Assembly (NCBI GenBank): GCA_965116025.1
Contig: OZ220480.1
Location: 1,152,001 to 1,216,000, forward strand
DNA from: an uncultured candidatus Porisulfidus sp.
GTDB taxonomy: Bacteria > Pseudomonadota > Gammaproteobacteria > Poriferisulfidales > Poriferisulfidaceae
DNA length: 64,000 nt
Direction of reading: 5' to 3'
Positions 11,079-23,661 of this stretch are shown here, piece by piece. The position numbers were made by a program, and so were the translations under genes. Every line of letters begins with the position of its first letter. Positions within the stretch are counted from its first letter, which is position 1. Below the pieces are notes generated by a model, which was not told the DNA's origin, did no database searches, and worked only from the letters and a program-made list of their open reading frames with translations.

Positions 11079-12236
11079 TCAGTGTCGTCCTCGCCAGCCA
11101 TTTTCTGATTCCCGTCCATCATCGCGCAAGACGCTTTCCACCCGAGGATTCAGTAATTTCCACTTCTGGCCCGTTCGCTCAAGATCGCCCTTCAGCGTAA
11201 CCATGGCACCCTCGCGGGCTTGTATCGCCCGCTCGTAATCCGTTCGCTCCAAATCCGCCGTGACCATTAGCTCCCGTCCGTCCATCTTGGTCTTCAATTT
11301 GATCTTTCCGCCAGCGTCCTCGTCCGCTCGCGCCAAGACGTGAACGAAGCCATGGAGTCTCGCGTCGAATCGTGGCGCGCGCTTCCGAAACGCGCGCGCC
11401 ACCTCGTGCAGCATCGCGGCATCTGGTCGACCGAACCGGAATATGGACCTTGGTGGTGTCATCGGTCGCGTTCGCGCCCATTCGATGCCTACGTCCAGCG
11501 TCGCGAAAGGCTCGATCATCTTGACCAGCGCCTCGCAAAAATTGGCGCTCAACTCCCCTGGTAACGACATCTTCGAAGGCGTCTTTCTCGCCGGCGCTCC
11601 GCTCGCTCGTTCCGTCACTCGGCGCGCCGCGTCAAGAGCTTCGACGAGCCGTCTCGTCATCCGCCGCGCGTCTGGCGCGTCCGGGTCTTCTGGATCCTCG
11701 ACTGGTGACGGAAGGGACGATGGTATGGCCGGCGTCAGCAATGTCACGGCCAATCCGCCTCGGCTCGCTGGCCCAAACCGCATCTGTCTCAGCAGTTCCG
11801 TAGTTTCCCGATTCGCCCTTTCTCGGTATGCCGGGCGAGGTCCACGGAGCGAGCGGGTCGTGGATAGCACCATGTCCCGAACGCCCTCGAAAAGCCTCAA
11901 GCCGTCGTCGAGAGGAAGGCCGCCATGGTTCCTTTCTGGCGTTTGAACGCGAATAACGTCGCGGTCCGCCGTCACCAGCGAGTGGTACACCGTCAGCTCG
12001 TCCTGACGGGAAACTCGCGCGAAGGTCTCGATCAGTTCCGCCACCACGCTCGCGTAGTCTCCAAGGCGCGTCGTGCGCGGCACGACGATTTCCGGCAACG
12101 CGTCGCTGATGTAGATGTCCGAGCGCTCGCGGTACGATGCTCGCTGACTCCAGCCAGTGGCGCGGGCGTATGCGGACAGCGCCGCTGGCGAGATCGCCAG
12201 TAGCGCGTCACGGTCGCGAATGCTGACCTGCATCAA
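11079..12236 (-). CDS. Hypothetical protein (385 aa)
   Basis: Long ORF with globular composition; no motif that I can assign. Confidence 0.7.
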   Translation of the reverse strand: MMQVSIRDRDALLAISPAALSAYARATGWSQRASYRERSDIYISDALPEIVVPRTTRLGDYASVVAELIETFARVSRQDELTVYHSLVTADRDVIRVQTPERNHGGLPLDDGLRLFEGVRDMVLSTTRSLRGPRPAYRERANRETTELLRQMRFGPASRGGLAVTLLTPAIPSSLPSPVEDPEDPDAPDARRMTRRLVEALDAARRVTERASGAPARKTPSKMSLPGELSANFCEALVKMIEPFATLDVGIEWARTRPMTPPRSIFRFGRPDAAMLHEVARAFRKRAPRFDARLHGFVHVLARADEDAGGKIKLKTKMDGRELMVTADLERTDYERAIQAREGAMVTLKGDLERTGQKWKLLNPRVESVLRDDGRESENGWRGRH

Positions 12237-12526
12237 GATTTCTTTCTCAAGACTCTCGTCATCAGTTTTCGCGGACGCTCTGGAAGTCGGGCGCTTTCCG
12301 CCGTGATCGTTCCAGCCATCACCTCGTGGAACTTGGGCGCCGGACCGAGGTAATTGAGGAATTCGAAAGTCGACGCGACCTGGGGCTCGTCGGCACTTGA
12401 ACGCTCACTCTACCACGCGCGGCTTTCCCTTGAGCTTGGTGGCGCGAGCCCGCCATGATTCTCGCTGGATTTGCGCTGGAGCGCGGTTTCTGATAAAGTG
12501 CGCCGCGCAAGAACGGACCTTATCCC

Positions 12527-12763
12527 ATGTCTCGAATCTGCCAAGTTACCGGCAAGCGCCCGATGGCGGGCAACAACGTCTCGCACGCGCACAACAAGAC
12601 GCGGCGGCGTTTTCTGCCGAATCTTCACACCCAGCGCTTCTGGGTGGAGAGCGAGAATCGCTGGGTGAAGTTGCGAGTCTCCCGCAAGGGGATGCGCGTC
12701 ATCGAGAAGAAGGGCATCGACGTGGTGCTCGGAGAGCTTCGCGCCCGCGGCGAGCGGGTCTGA
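12527..12763 (+). CDS. rpmB: 50S ribosomal protein L28
   Basis: [32 protein letters not shown]. Confidence 0.98.
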   Translation: MSRICQVTGKRPMAGNNVSHAHNKTRRRFLPNLHTQRFWVESENRWVKLRVSRKGMRVIEKKGIDVVLGELRARGERV

Positions 12764-12768
12764 CGGTC

Positions 12769-12936
12769 ATGGCCAAGGCGGTTCGGGAGAAGATCAAGCT
12801 GGTGTCGAGCGCCGGCACCGGGCATTACTACACGACCACCCGAAACAAGCGAACGGCCACCGGCAAGATGGAGATCAAGAAGTACGATCCGGTCGTGCGC
12901 AAGCACGTCCTCTATAAGGAAGCGAAAATCAAGTAG
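12769..12936 (+). CDS. rpmG: 50S ribosomal protein L33
   Basis: [18 protein letters not shown]...[11 protein letters not shown]. Confidence 0.98.
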   Translation: MAKAVREKIKLVSSAGTGHYYTTTRNKRTATGKMEIKKYDPVVRKHVLYKEAKIK

Positions 12937-12940
12937 GAAT

Positions 12941-12975
12941 CCTGACCGCTTTCGGTCCGGCGTTTTTCGTTTTTC
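12941..12975 (+). terminator. Intrinsic terminator after rpmG
   Basis: GACCG-cttt-CGGTC hairpin followed by T runs. Confidence 0.6.
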
Positions 12976-13001
12976 CTGGTCCCGCGAGAAAGCGGGATTC
13001 G

Positions 13002-13298
13002 CTACTCGGGACAGGGACAGGCGCAATCGCCTCGGTTGTTCCAGCAGCACCCGCCCCGCATTTCCGTTTTCGCGTCTTTCCAGATCCCGCAACTCCCTCC
13101 GGTCGTCCTCTGGCCCAGCGGGTCCTTGACGCGGAACCCATACCGGTCCTTGACGGTCACGGTCACGTATTTGATGGATGGCTCCTCGGCCACGGTCCCG
13201 GCGCGCGCGTCCTCGTCATCGAACAGGGAGCCGACGGTCTCGCAACCGGCCAGGGCGAGGGGAAGAAAGAGTGCCAAGGTCCAGGAATATCTTTTCAT
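13002..13298 (-). CDS. Small lipoprotein with a Cys-rich C-terminus
   Basis: MKRYSWTLALFLPLALAG-C lipobox; ends ..SCG..GGCCWNNRGDCACPCPE. Confidence 0.75.
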   Translation of the reverse strand: MKRYSWTLALFLPLALAGCETVGSLFDDEDARAGTVAEEPSIKYVTVTVKDRYGFRVKDPLGQRTTGGSCGIWKDAKTEMRGGCCWNNRGDCACPCPE

Positions 13299-13339
13299 TG
13301 TCAGGGAAAGCGAGGATGTTTGGTTCAGGGGAATGACGC

Positions 13340-14563
13340 TCAGGCGGGTCGCAGCGAGTAGCGGCACAGATGACGCGCGAACCGCTGGAGCCCGGCGATG
13401 CCGGTGCGCTCGGCCTCCGCGCACCATTCGTCGAGCCGCCCGCGCATGATCCGGTATCCCTCGTTCCGCGCGCGGATGATCTCTTGCAGCTTGCGCTGAT
13501 AGCGAATGACCTCGCGCAGGCGGGGATGTCGGGACAGAAGTTGCTGGAGCTGGCTGTGATCGAGGGGCGTCAGTCGGTGCTCCAACGTGGGCAGCATCTT
13601 GCCCAAGCGCTTGAGCCCAATGCGGTAATGGCCGGTGGCGCTCCGCATCTCGGCGCGCAACGTCGGCATCAGCACCTTCCGGGCGTACTGGCCCATGACC
13701 ATGATGCGGCTGGAGATCAGAGCCTGCATCGTTTTCTGGTCGATCTGGGTCTGCGCCCGCCGCAGCTCGAGCCGGGGAGCCTGACGCAACACTTTCGCCA
13801 TCCGCAACGCGCGGAGCAGGCGAATGTACATCCAGCCGATGTCGAATTCCCACCAGCGCATCGAGAATCTCGCGGAGGACGGGAAGGCATGGTGGTTGTT
13901 GTGCATCTCCTCTCCGCCGATCAGGATGCCAATATTGGCGATGTTGGTGGAAAGGTCGTCCGTGGCGAAGGATCGGTAGCCGAATCTGTGCCCAATTCCA
14001 TTGATCACACCGGCCGCGAAAAACGGAATCCACGTCATCTGGATCGCCCACATGGCGAGCCCTGGCAACCCGAACAGAACCAATTGCGCCAGCAATAGCA
14101 GAACGATTCCCAGATTTCGTTGGCCAGCGTACAGATGGCGCTCCAAGAAGTCGTCTGGCGCGCCGCTCCCATAGCGACGCAGAGTCTCTTCCCGCGCGGC
14201 TTCTTCCTGGTACAGGCGCACGCCGGACCACAGCACGGCGCGAAGGCCGGAGACGGCCGGGCTATGCGGGTCGCCGGCGGTCTCGCAGGCCGCGTGGTGC
14301 TTGCGGTGCACCGCGATCCACTCCCGGGTCACCATGCCGGTGGTCAGCCAAAGCCAGAAGCGGAAAAAGTGCCGGACCGGTGGGCTAAGGCGCAATCCGC
14401 GGTGCGCTTGCTCTCGATGCAGGAAAAGCGTGACTGAGACGATGGTGATGTGCGTCAGTCCCAGAATCAGCAGGAGGTAGCCCCAGGCTGGCATCAGGAA
14501 CAGGCCGTGCCAGAGGGCGATCAGTTCGCTTGTCAAGGCGGCGGGGATATTTGGAAGAATCAA
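13340..14563 (-). CDS. DesA-family acyl-CoA/fatty acid desaturase
   Basis: His boxes HREQAH, HRKHH, HNNHH; WWEFDIGW. Confidence 0.9.
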   Translation of the reverse strand: MILPNIPAALTSELIALWHGLFLMPAWGYLLLILGLTHITIVSVTLFLHREQAHRGLRLSPPVRHFFRFWLWLTTGMVTREWIAVHRKHHAACETAGDPHSPAVSGLRAVLWSGVRLYQEEAAREETLRRYGSGAPDDFLERHLYAGQRNLGIVLLLLAQLVLFGLPGLAMWAIQMTWIPFFAAGVINGIGHRFGYRSFATDDLSTNIANIGILIGGEEMHNNHHAFPSSARFSMRWWEFDIGWMYIRLLRALRMAKVLRQAPRLELRRAQTQIDQKTMQALISSRIMVMGQYARKVLMPTLRAEMRSATGHYRIGLKRLGKMLPTLEHRLTPLDHSQLQQLLSRHPRLREVIRYQRKLQEIIRARNEGYRIMRGRLDEWCAEAERTGIAGLQRFARHLCRYSLRPA

Positions 14564-16515
14564 GGATCGGTTCGCAGTCGGATATTACCATAGGTGTCCA
14601 CCCTCGCCCGCCAGCGAGGCGAGACCCGGATCGTGGCGGTGTCCTCGAGAATGATGGCGGGCCCCTCCACCATCTGGCCGGCCGCCAGCTCGGCGCGCGC
14701 GTAGACCGGAACCGGTCGATCCAGGCCATGCACCGTCGCGTGGTCGAGAGGCGCCGCCGGGTCTCGCGCCGGCCAGGGAGGCAGGGCTGGCGGAGAGGAC
14801 GGATCTATCAGGCTGATCCGAAGGCTGACCAGTTCCACCGGCATGTCGAGCGCGTAGCCGTAACGCTCGCGGTGGCGGGCGTGAAAGCCTTCTCGCGCTT
14901 GGGCCACTGAGGTCCAGGGCAGGCGCAGGACTTCAGACTGCCCCTCGTAGCGCAAGTCCAGATCGCGCGACGAGAGCCAGGATGCCGAGATCTCCCTCCC
15001 GACATCCTCGTGGACCCGCTCAGCGAGCTCATGGAAGCGGCGCTCGATTCCGATATCGTCGAAGTCCGCTAGCCGTCCAGGAACGCTCCGGGACAGTTCC
15101 CGCCCCCGCGGCGCCAGCAACAGGCCGAGCGCGGAGAAGATCCCGGAGTGGACCGGAACCATCGCCCGCGTCATCGATAGCGCGTCGGCCAGTTCGCACA
15201 GATGCAACCCGCCGGCCCCGCCAAACGCCATCAGCGTGAAATCTTTCGGGTCGTGGCCCTGGCGCACCGAGACGACCCGCAAGGCTTGGGCCATGTTCTC
15301 GTTCACCAGACGCTCGATGCCCAGGGCGGTCTCACGCGATCCCATCCCCAATTCTCGCGCCAGTCGTTCGAGCGCCGATTCGGCCGCCTCGACATCCAGG
15401 GGCTGGTCGCCTCCCAGCCGGGTTCGCGCCGGCAACCAGCCCAGCGCGACGTTCGCGTCGGTCACGGTGGGTTCCACGCCGCCGCGGGCGTAGCAGGCGG
15501 GGCCGGGTCGGCTTCCGGCGGAGCGCGGGCCGACCCGGAGCAGTCCTCCGGCGTCCCGGTACGCCAGCGACCCTCCGCCAGCCCCGATGGTATGCATGTC
15601 CGCCATCGGCACCGAGACGGGAATGTTTCCGATCTTTCCCCGGGACGTGATCCGGACTCCCCCGTCCAGCAACGCCACGTCGGTGGAGGTTCCTCCCATG
15701 TCCAGGCTCAGGACGCGCGCGTCCCCGGACTGTCGTCCGATCTGAAGGGCGGCGGCCAGTCCTCCGGCTGGGCCTGACAGCAGCAGTCGCACCGCGTGCC
15801 GCGATGCCAGCCGACCCGGTAGCGTGGCGCCGTGGCTCTGCATGACGTCAAGCTGGGCGTTCGGCAGGGATTGGCCCAGGTCGTCAATGTAGCGCCCGAC
15901 CCGCGGGCCGACGTAACTGTTGAGCCAAGTCGCCATGCCACGCTCGTATTCCCGGATCTCAGGCAATGTCTCGGACGAGCGGGAAATGAACAGATCACCA
16001 GGCAGGGCGCGCGCGATCCGCCGTTCGTGGCGGTCGTCCAGAAACGAGAACAGAAGGTTGATCGCCACCGCCTCGGGATTCAGCTCCTCGATTTTCCGGC
16101 GCAGATCGTCCAGATCCTCCTCGGTCAGGGGCTCCAGCTCCTCCCCCTTGAAGGAGACGCGCCCCCCGATCTCGACGCGAAGCTCCTCAGGCATGGGCGG
16201 CTCCTCGGGCGTTGGGGTCAGGTTGTAGAGCTCATCGCGCGCTTGGCGGCCCAGACTTAGGATGTCGGCGAACCCGCGATTGGTGATGTAGGCGCACCGC
16301 GCGCCTTTGCGCTCCAGGACGGCGTTGGTCGCGACGGTGGTTCCGTGGACCAGATGAAACGCTCGCCGTGGGTCGATGCCCATCTCCCGTAATCCGCGCC
16401 GGATCGCCCGCGCCGGAGAATCCGGGTCGGATGGAACCTTGTGAACCCGCCAGGACTCGCCGTCCAGCATCACGAAATCCGTGAAGGTTCCCCCGGCGTC
16501 AATGCCGACGCGCAT
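14560..16515 (-). CDS. Hydantoinase/oxoprolinase family protein, A subunit
   Basis: GIDAGGTFTD, HGTTVATNA, SGPAGG, DMGGTSTD, GAGGGS. Confidence 0.92.
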   Translation of the reverse strand: MRVGIDAGGTFTDFVMLDGESWRVHKVPSDPDSPARAIRRGLREMGIDPRRAFHLVHGTTVATNAVLERKGARCAYITNRGFADILSLGRQARDELYNLTPTPEEPPMPEELRVEIGGRVSFKGEELEPLTEEDLDDLRRKIEELNPEAVAINLLFSFLDDRHERRIARALPGDLFISRSSETLPEIREYERGMATWLNSYVGPRVGRYIDDLGQSLPNAQLDVMQSHGATLPGRLASRHAVRLLLSGPAGGLAAALQIGRQSGDARVLSLDMGGTSTDVALLDGGVRITSRGKIGNIPVSVPMADMHTIGAGGGSLAYRDAGGLLRVGPRSAGSRPGPACYARGGVEPTVTDANVALGWLPARTRLGGDQPLDVEAAESALERLARELGMGSRETALGIERLVNENMAQALRVVSVRQGHDPKDFTLMAFGGAGGLHLCELADALSMTRAMVPVHSGIFSALGLLLAPRGRELSRSVPGRLADFDDIGIERRFHELAERVHEDVGREISASWLSSRDLDLRYEGQSEVLRLPWTSVAQAREGFHARHRERYGYALDMPVELVSLRISLIDPSSPPALPPWPARDPAAPLDHATVHGLDRPVPVYARAELAAGQMVEGPAIILEDTATIRVSPRWRARVDTYGNIRLRTDP

Positions 16516-16592
16516 GATTCTCCCGCGTTTCGCCGCCCGATGTTAAAATGAGAATGCCTCTGGGAGGCCGCTGATTCCGGTCGTATCCATCC

Positions 16593-17579
16593 ATGTCCTC
16601 GATCTCGCCGGGCTTTCGAATCGAATATTTTTCGGGTCCGGCTCCTCCCCGACACTCCGAGCGGACCCTCGCGCGTATCTTATACGGCGCGCGCTCGTCG
16701 GCCAGCGATTCCGCTCTAGAGCTGGCGTTGCCACCGTTGGGTCGATCGATCCTGTGCGAGCGTTGGACCAGCGACCGAATTGAGCGACGCGGAAAAGCCC
16801 GTGGATTTCGATTCGTTCGCTTCGGCTCGCGAATGCTGGCTTACGCGACGTTCGAAGAGGACTCGCCGGACTTGCGCCCGCTAGCGCGGCGAATCTACCG
16901 GGATTTGCTCCAACTCGCGCGCGAGCAGGGGTGTCCCTGGATTCTGCGCGTATGGAATCACTTCCCGAACATCGTCGAGTCAGCGGGCGGCCTGGATCGC
17001 TATCGCTCCTTCTGCGAAGGCCGCCGCCAAGCCATGCTTGAGGACGGGCGGGAGACCAGCCGAATCTTGCCGGCCGTCACCACCACCGGCAGCGTCGCGC
17101 CAGGGTTCGCGGTGTATTTTCTGGCGGGCGTCGAGCCTGGAAACCCGATCGAGAATCCCCGGCAGACGGCCCCCTCGAACTATCCAGAGCACTTGGGTCC
17201 GCACGGCCCCTCGTTTTGTCGGGGGGTGTCGCATGTCGCGGACGGACAGTCCGCCCTGTATCTGTCCGGCACCGCCAGCATCACGGGGCACGCGACGCGC
17301 CACTCTGGCGACGCCGCGGCCCAGGCCCAGGAAATCCTGCGCAATCAGGCGGCCGTGATCGAGCAGGCCCGCATTCAGGGCGCGCGAGACCCGGAGCGGT
17401 TGCGTCAGCTCCCGTTCCAAAAGATCTATTTGGAGAATCCAGAAGACCTTCCGGCCGTCCAGCGCGAGGTGGAGGCCGTCATGGGGAAGGGCTTTCCCTG
17501 CCACTTTCTGCGCGGCTCCCTGTGCCGGCGCGATCTTCTTCTGGAAATGGAGAGCGCTTACCTGCATGAGCCTGACTGA
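16593..17579 (+). CDS. FkbO/Hyg5/XanB2-like chorismatase family protein
   Basis: LRVWNHFPNI, RYRSFCEGR, IENPRQ, PSFCRG, LSGTASITGH, LCRRDLLLEME. Confidence 0.8.
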   Translation: MSSISPGFRIEYFSGPAPPRHSERTLARILYGARSSASDSALELALPPLGRSILCERWTSDRIERRGKARGFRFVRFGSRMLAYATFEEDSPDLRPLARRIYRDLLQLAREQGCPWILRVWNHFPNIVESAGGLDRYRSFCEGRRQAMLEDGRETSRILPAVTTTGSVAPGFAVYFLAGVEPGNPIENPRQTAPSNYPEHLGPHGPSFCRGVSHVADGQSALYLSGTASITGHATRHSGDAAAQAQEILRNQAAVIEQARIQGARDPERLRQLPFQKIYLENPEDLPAVQREVEAVMGKGFPCHFLRGSLCRRDLLLEMESAYLHEPD

Positions 17580-18378
17580 CTTCCCGCACGCCGTTCCCCG
17601 GCTGATTCTGTTCGATTGGCACGCGACGCTGGTGGACACCCACGACGCGATGTATCACGCGGTCGACGATATTCTGCCGAAACTGCAGGAACTGGGTCTG
17701 TTCGATCGGATGGTCCCGATCAAGGAGAGCCGCACTCTTGAGGATGCCAAGCTGGTTCGCTACGTCCGCGAGCACAGACGGCTGCACCCCAAAATCCGCG
17801 AGGCTCGGGCGGTTTCCCGGACCGATATCTTCGAGGTGCTTTTCGGTCGCGATCAAGAGGCCAAGGATCGCGCGCATCGCGCGTTCGACGCCGCGTACCG
17901 AAACCACTGCGGATCGGTGACTCCGCTGGAACCGGACGCTCTGAGAACCTTGGGCCATCTGCGAGACATGGATATTCGTCTCGGCATGCTGAGCAACCGG
18001 AATCGGGAGTTCGTGGTTCGGGAGATGGATCTGCTTGGGGACCGTGGCTGGCGGGAGGCGTTCGAGGTGGTCGTGTGTGGCGACGACGCGCCGCGACGCA
18101 AGCCCCACCCGGATCAGATACGGGAAGCGCTACGGCGTCTTGGCGAGTGCCCGGGCATGCATTGCTGGTACGTCGGGGACAGCACGACCGACGTGGCCGC
18201 CGCTCGCGAAGCGGAAGTGGCGGCGGTGTTCTACAACGGGGCCGGTTGGGAGCGGGACTGGATCGACCGGATCTTCCCTGGTACCGTCAGCTACCCGTAT
18301 CGCCCCCACGCGGTGGTGGCCAACCTGCATGAGTTGCTGCATCAGGCGCGGACGTTGCGGTACGCGGTTTCCGAGTAG
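17566..18378 (+). CDS. HAD family hydrolase
   Basis: LFDWHATLVDT, LSNR, KPHPD, YVGDSTTD. Confidence 0.88.
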   Translation: MSLTDFPHAVPRLILFDWHATLVDTHDAMYHAVDDILPKLQELGLFDRMVPIKESRTLEDAKLVRYVREHRRLHPKIREARAVSRTDIFEVLFGRDQEAKDRAHRAFDAAYRNHCGSVTPLEPDALRTLGHLRDMDIRLGMLSNRNREFVVREMDLLGDRGWREAFEVVVCGDDAPRRKPHPDQIREALRRLGECPGMHCWYVGDSTTDVAAAREAEVAAVFYNGAGWERDWIDRIFPGTVSYPYRPHAVVANLHELLHQARTLRYAVSE

Positions 18379-18385
18379 CCACCGG

Positions 18386-18730
18386 TCAGGAATCCGGGAT
18401 TTTCAGCCGAGTCCGCCACTCCACGTGCAACGCGTTGTCCCTGAGGTTGGGTCCTTTGGGACCGCCGTGCGAGACGCTGTGGCTTTGCGGTCCGTACACG
18501 TAGTCCAGGTAGGCGAACACCGCGTCCGCCAAGCCCTCGCAGGGGAGTCCGAAGTCGCTCGTCACCCGGGGAAGCTTCTCGCCATCGACCTGGATGACGT
18601 GCGCCATATGGTGGGCGTGCAGCTTCCCGCGATACTCGACGTCGAACAGGACCTTCGAGACCAAGGTCTGGCCTTCCTGGCGTATCTCGTCCGGGAAGAG
18701 GCCGTGGAAGGTGAGCAGGGCGGTAGCCAT
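18386..18730 (-). CDS. Hypothetical protein (114 aa)
   Basis: Coding-like ORF filling the gap between neighbours. Confidence 0.6.
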   Translation of the reverse strand: MATALLTFHGLFPDEIRQEGQTLVSKVLFDVEYRGKLHAHHMAHVIQVDGEKLPRVTSDFGLPCEGLADAVFAYLDYVYGPQSHSVSHGGPKGPNLRDNALHVEWRTRLKIPDS

Positions 18731-18759
18731 GGGAAGCGGAAGGCGTTACTATAAAGAGA

Positions 18760-18981
18760 ATGATATACCGACTGCGAACGGATATCGCCGTTTTCGAGTT
18801 GCGACAGGAGCCGCTCGGCATGTGGGATTTGTGGGTGGATGGCACGCCGACTCTGACGTTTCCCATCCCCGAGGAGGCGGCCCAGGCGGTGGTGGATCGG
18901 AAATCTGGTTATTCCGTTTGGGACAACGAGGGACGCGACGCTCCGGCGGACCTGTCTGGCTGGGAACGGGTCGAGGAGTAG
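18760..18981 (+). CDS. Hypothetical protein (73 aa, Trp-rich)
   Basis: Coding-like ORF ending just before a hairpin. Confidence 0.65.
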   Translation: MIYRLRTDIAVFELRQEPLGMWDLWVDGTPTLTFPIPEEAAQAVVDRKSGYSVWDNEGRDAPADLSGWERVEE

Positions 18982-19012
18982 CCGCGAAGACCGCTTCTTT
19001 GAGATAAAGGAA

Positions 19013-19030
19013 AGGCGCCCGGAGGCGCCT
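19013..19030. terminator. Hairpin between convergent genes
   Basis: AGGCGCC-cgga-GGCGCCT, with a T-rich tail on the minus strand. Confidence 0.55.
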
Positions 19031-19054
19031 CTCCAATCTCCGAAGACGGACGGA

Positions 19055-20690
<1,636 letters not shown>

Positions 20691-21129
20691 CTAGTGTTGG
20701 TTCCCTGATGTTGGCGGCCCGTGGCCTTGATCTCTATCATATAGCATCAACGGATCCCCTTCCTTGGATCCGGGCGCCCAGAAGCGCGCCAAAACCGGTT
20801 TGTCCAGGCGCTTGGGACTCTTCGCGTATTGGAATATTGAGAAGGAGCGCGAGAATGGGTGGCCTTGATGTCAACCGCGTTGCCGGTGATTTCCTGGCGC
20901 GCCGTCGGAGGATGTCCAGATGCGCGCCCTTACCCCTTTGGCGTAGCCTGTTTAGATCGGATATCGGGGATAATTCCGCACGTCATGCTTTGCCTGCGCT
21001 AGCATCACTTTCGTAGCAATGCCCAATTCCATCCTCATGATTGAGACCATGGGGCGAAGATTCTACGCGGTTGCTCAATGTCGATTGGATGGTTGAGCGA
21101 TCAGGCTCTCGTTCTAGTAGGATGGCGTA

Positions 21130-21363
21130 ATGATTGATATGAAGAACGCCCGAGATTTCCTCAATCCGCAGGATCGTGCACGCCTCAGTGAAGCTGAGAT
21201 ATTTCAACTTCTTCAAGAGGCGGCGCAGCAATACGCGGAATATAGGCGTCTTTCGGATATTGCTGATATTTCCAAAGTGAAGGAAGTCAGACATCCCAGA
21301 TACTCTTGGGATGATCCGATAGGGTTGGCAGTAACGGAACGGGAAAGCGGCGGACTGGTCTGA
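21130..21363 (+). CDS. Small hypothetical protein (77 aa) in a lower-GC insert
   Basis: Helical-looking ORF ending YSWDDPIGLAVTERESGGLV. Confidence 0.6.
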   Translation: MIDMKNARDFLNPQDRARLSEAEIFQLLQEAAQQYAEYRRLSDIADISKVKEVRHPRYSWDDPIGLAVTERESGGLV

Positions 21364-21699
21364 TCTTCAGATGGAATTGAATGGATTTGACCCCGGTGAA
21401 TGAGGCGACCAATTATCTAAAGATGGAGGGCACGGAATAGAAGCTCGTGAGCTGGGGTCCACCAAAATGGTAAGCGAGGCCACGAGCGGATCGTGGACAC
21501 GATGGCGGGCATCAAGCGGGAATTATGGAAGATGCCGCCACCTGCTTGGATGGACGATCACTTGAGGAATGTCCTTGCTTTCCGCGCTTGCTGGAGCGAT
21601 GGACCGCGGCGACTCCATCTCGCTGATCCGTCACGCGGCTGGCTGACCGTCTCGGTTAGGTGGTTCGTCCAAGGCCGATTCCGGCGCTCCCAAAAATGA

Positions 21700-21724
21700 G
21701 AAGGGGCGCCGCGGGCGCCCCTTC
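21700..21724 (-). terminator. Hairpin after amtB copy 2
   Basis: GAAGGGGCGCC-gcg-GGCGCCCCTTC, with a T run shortly downstream on the minus strand. Confidence 0.6.
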
Positions 21725-21744
21725 CATAAGCGGTTCGAGCTCGA

Positions 21745-23590
<1,846 letters not shown>

Positions 23591-23661
23591 TCAACTCCGG
23601 CCAATGGCCGCGTCGTCTCCTGAAATCCTCGCCCCAGAGCTGGCGGCTCTGGCGAGGTCCC

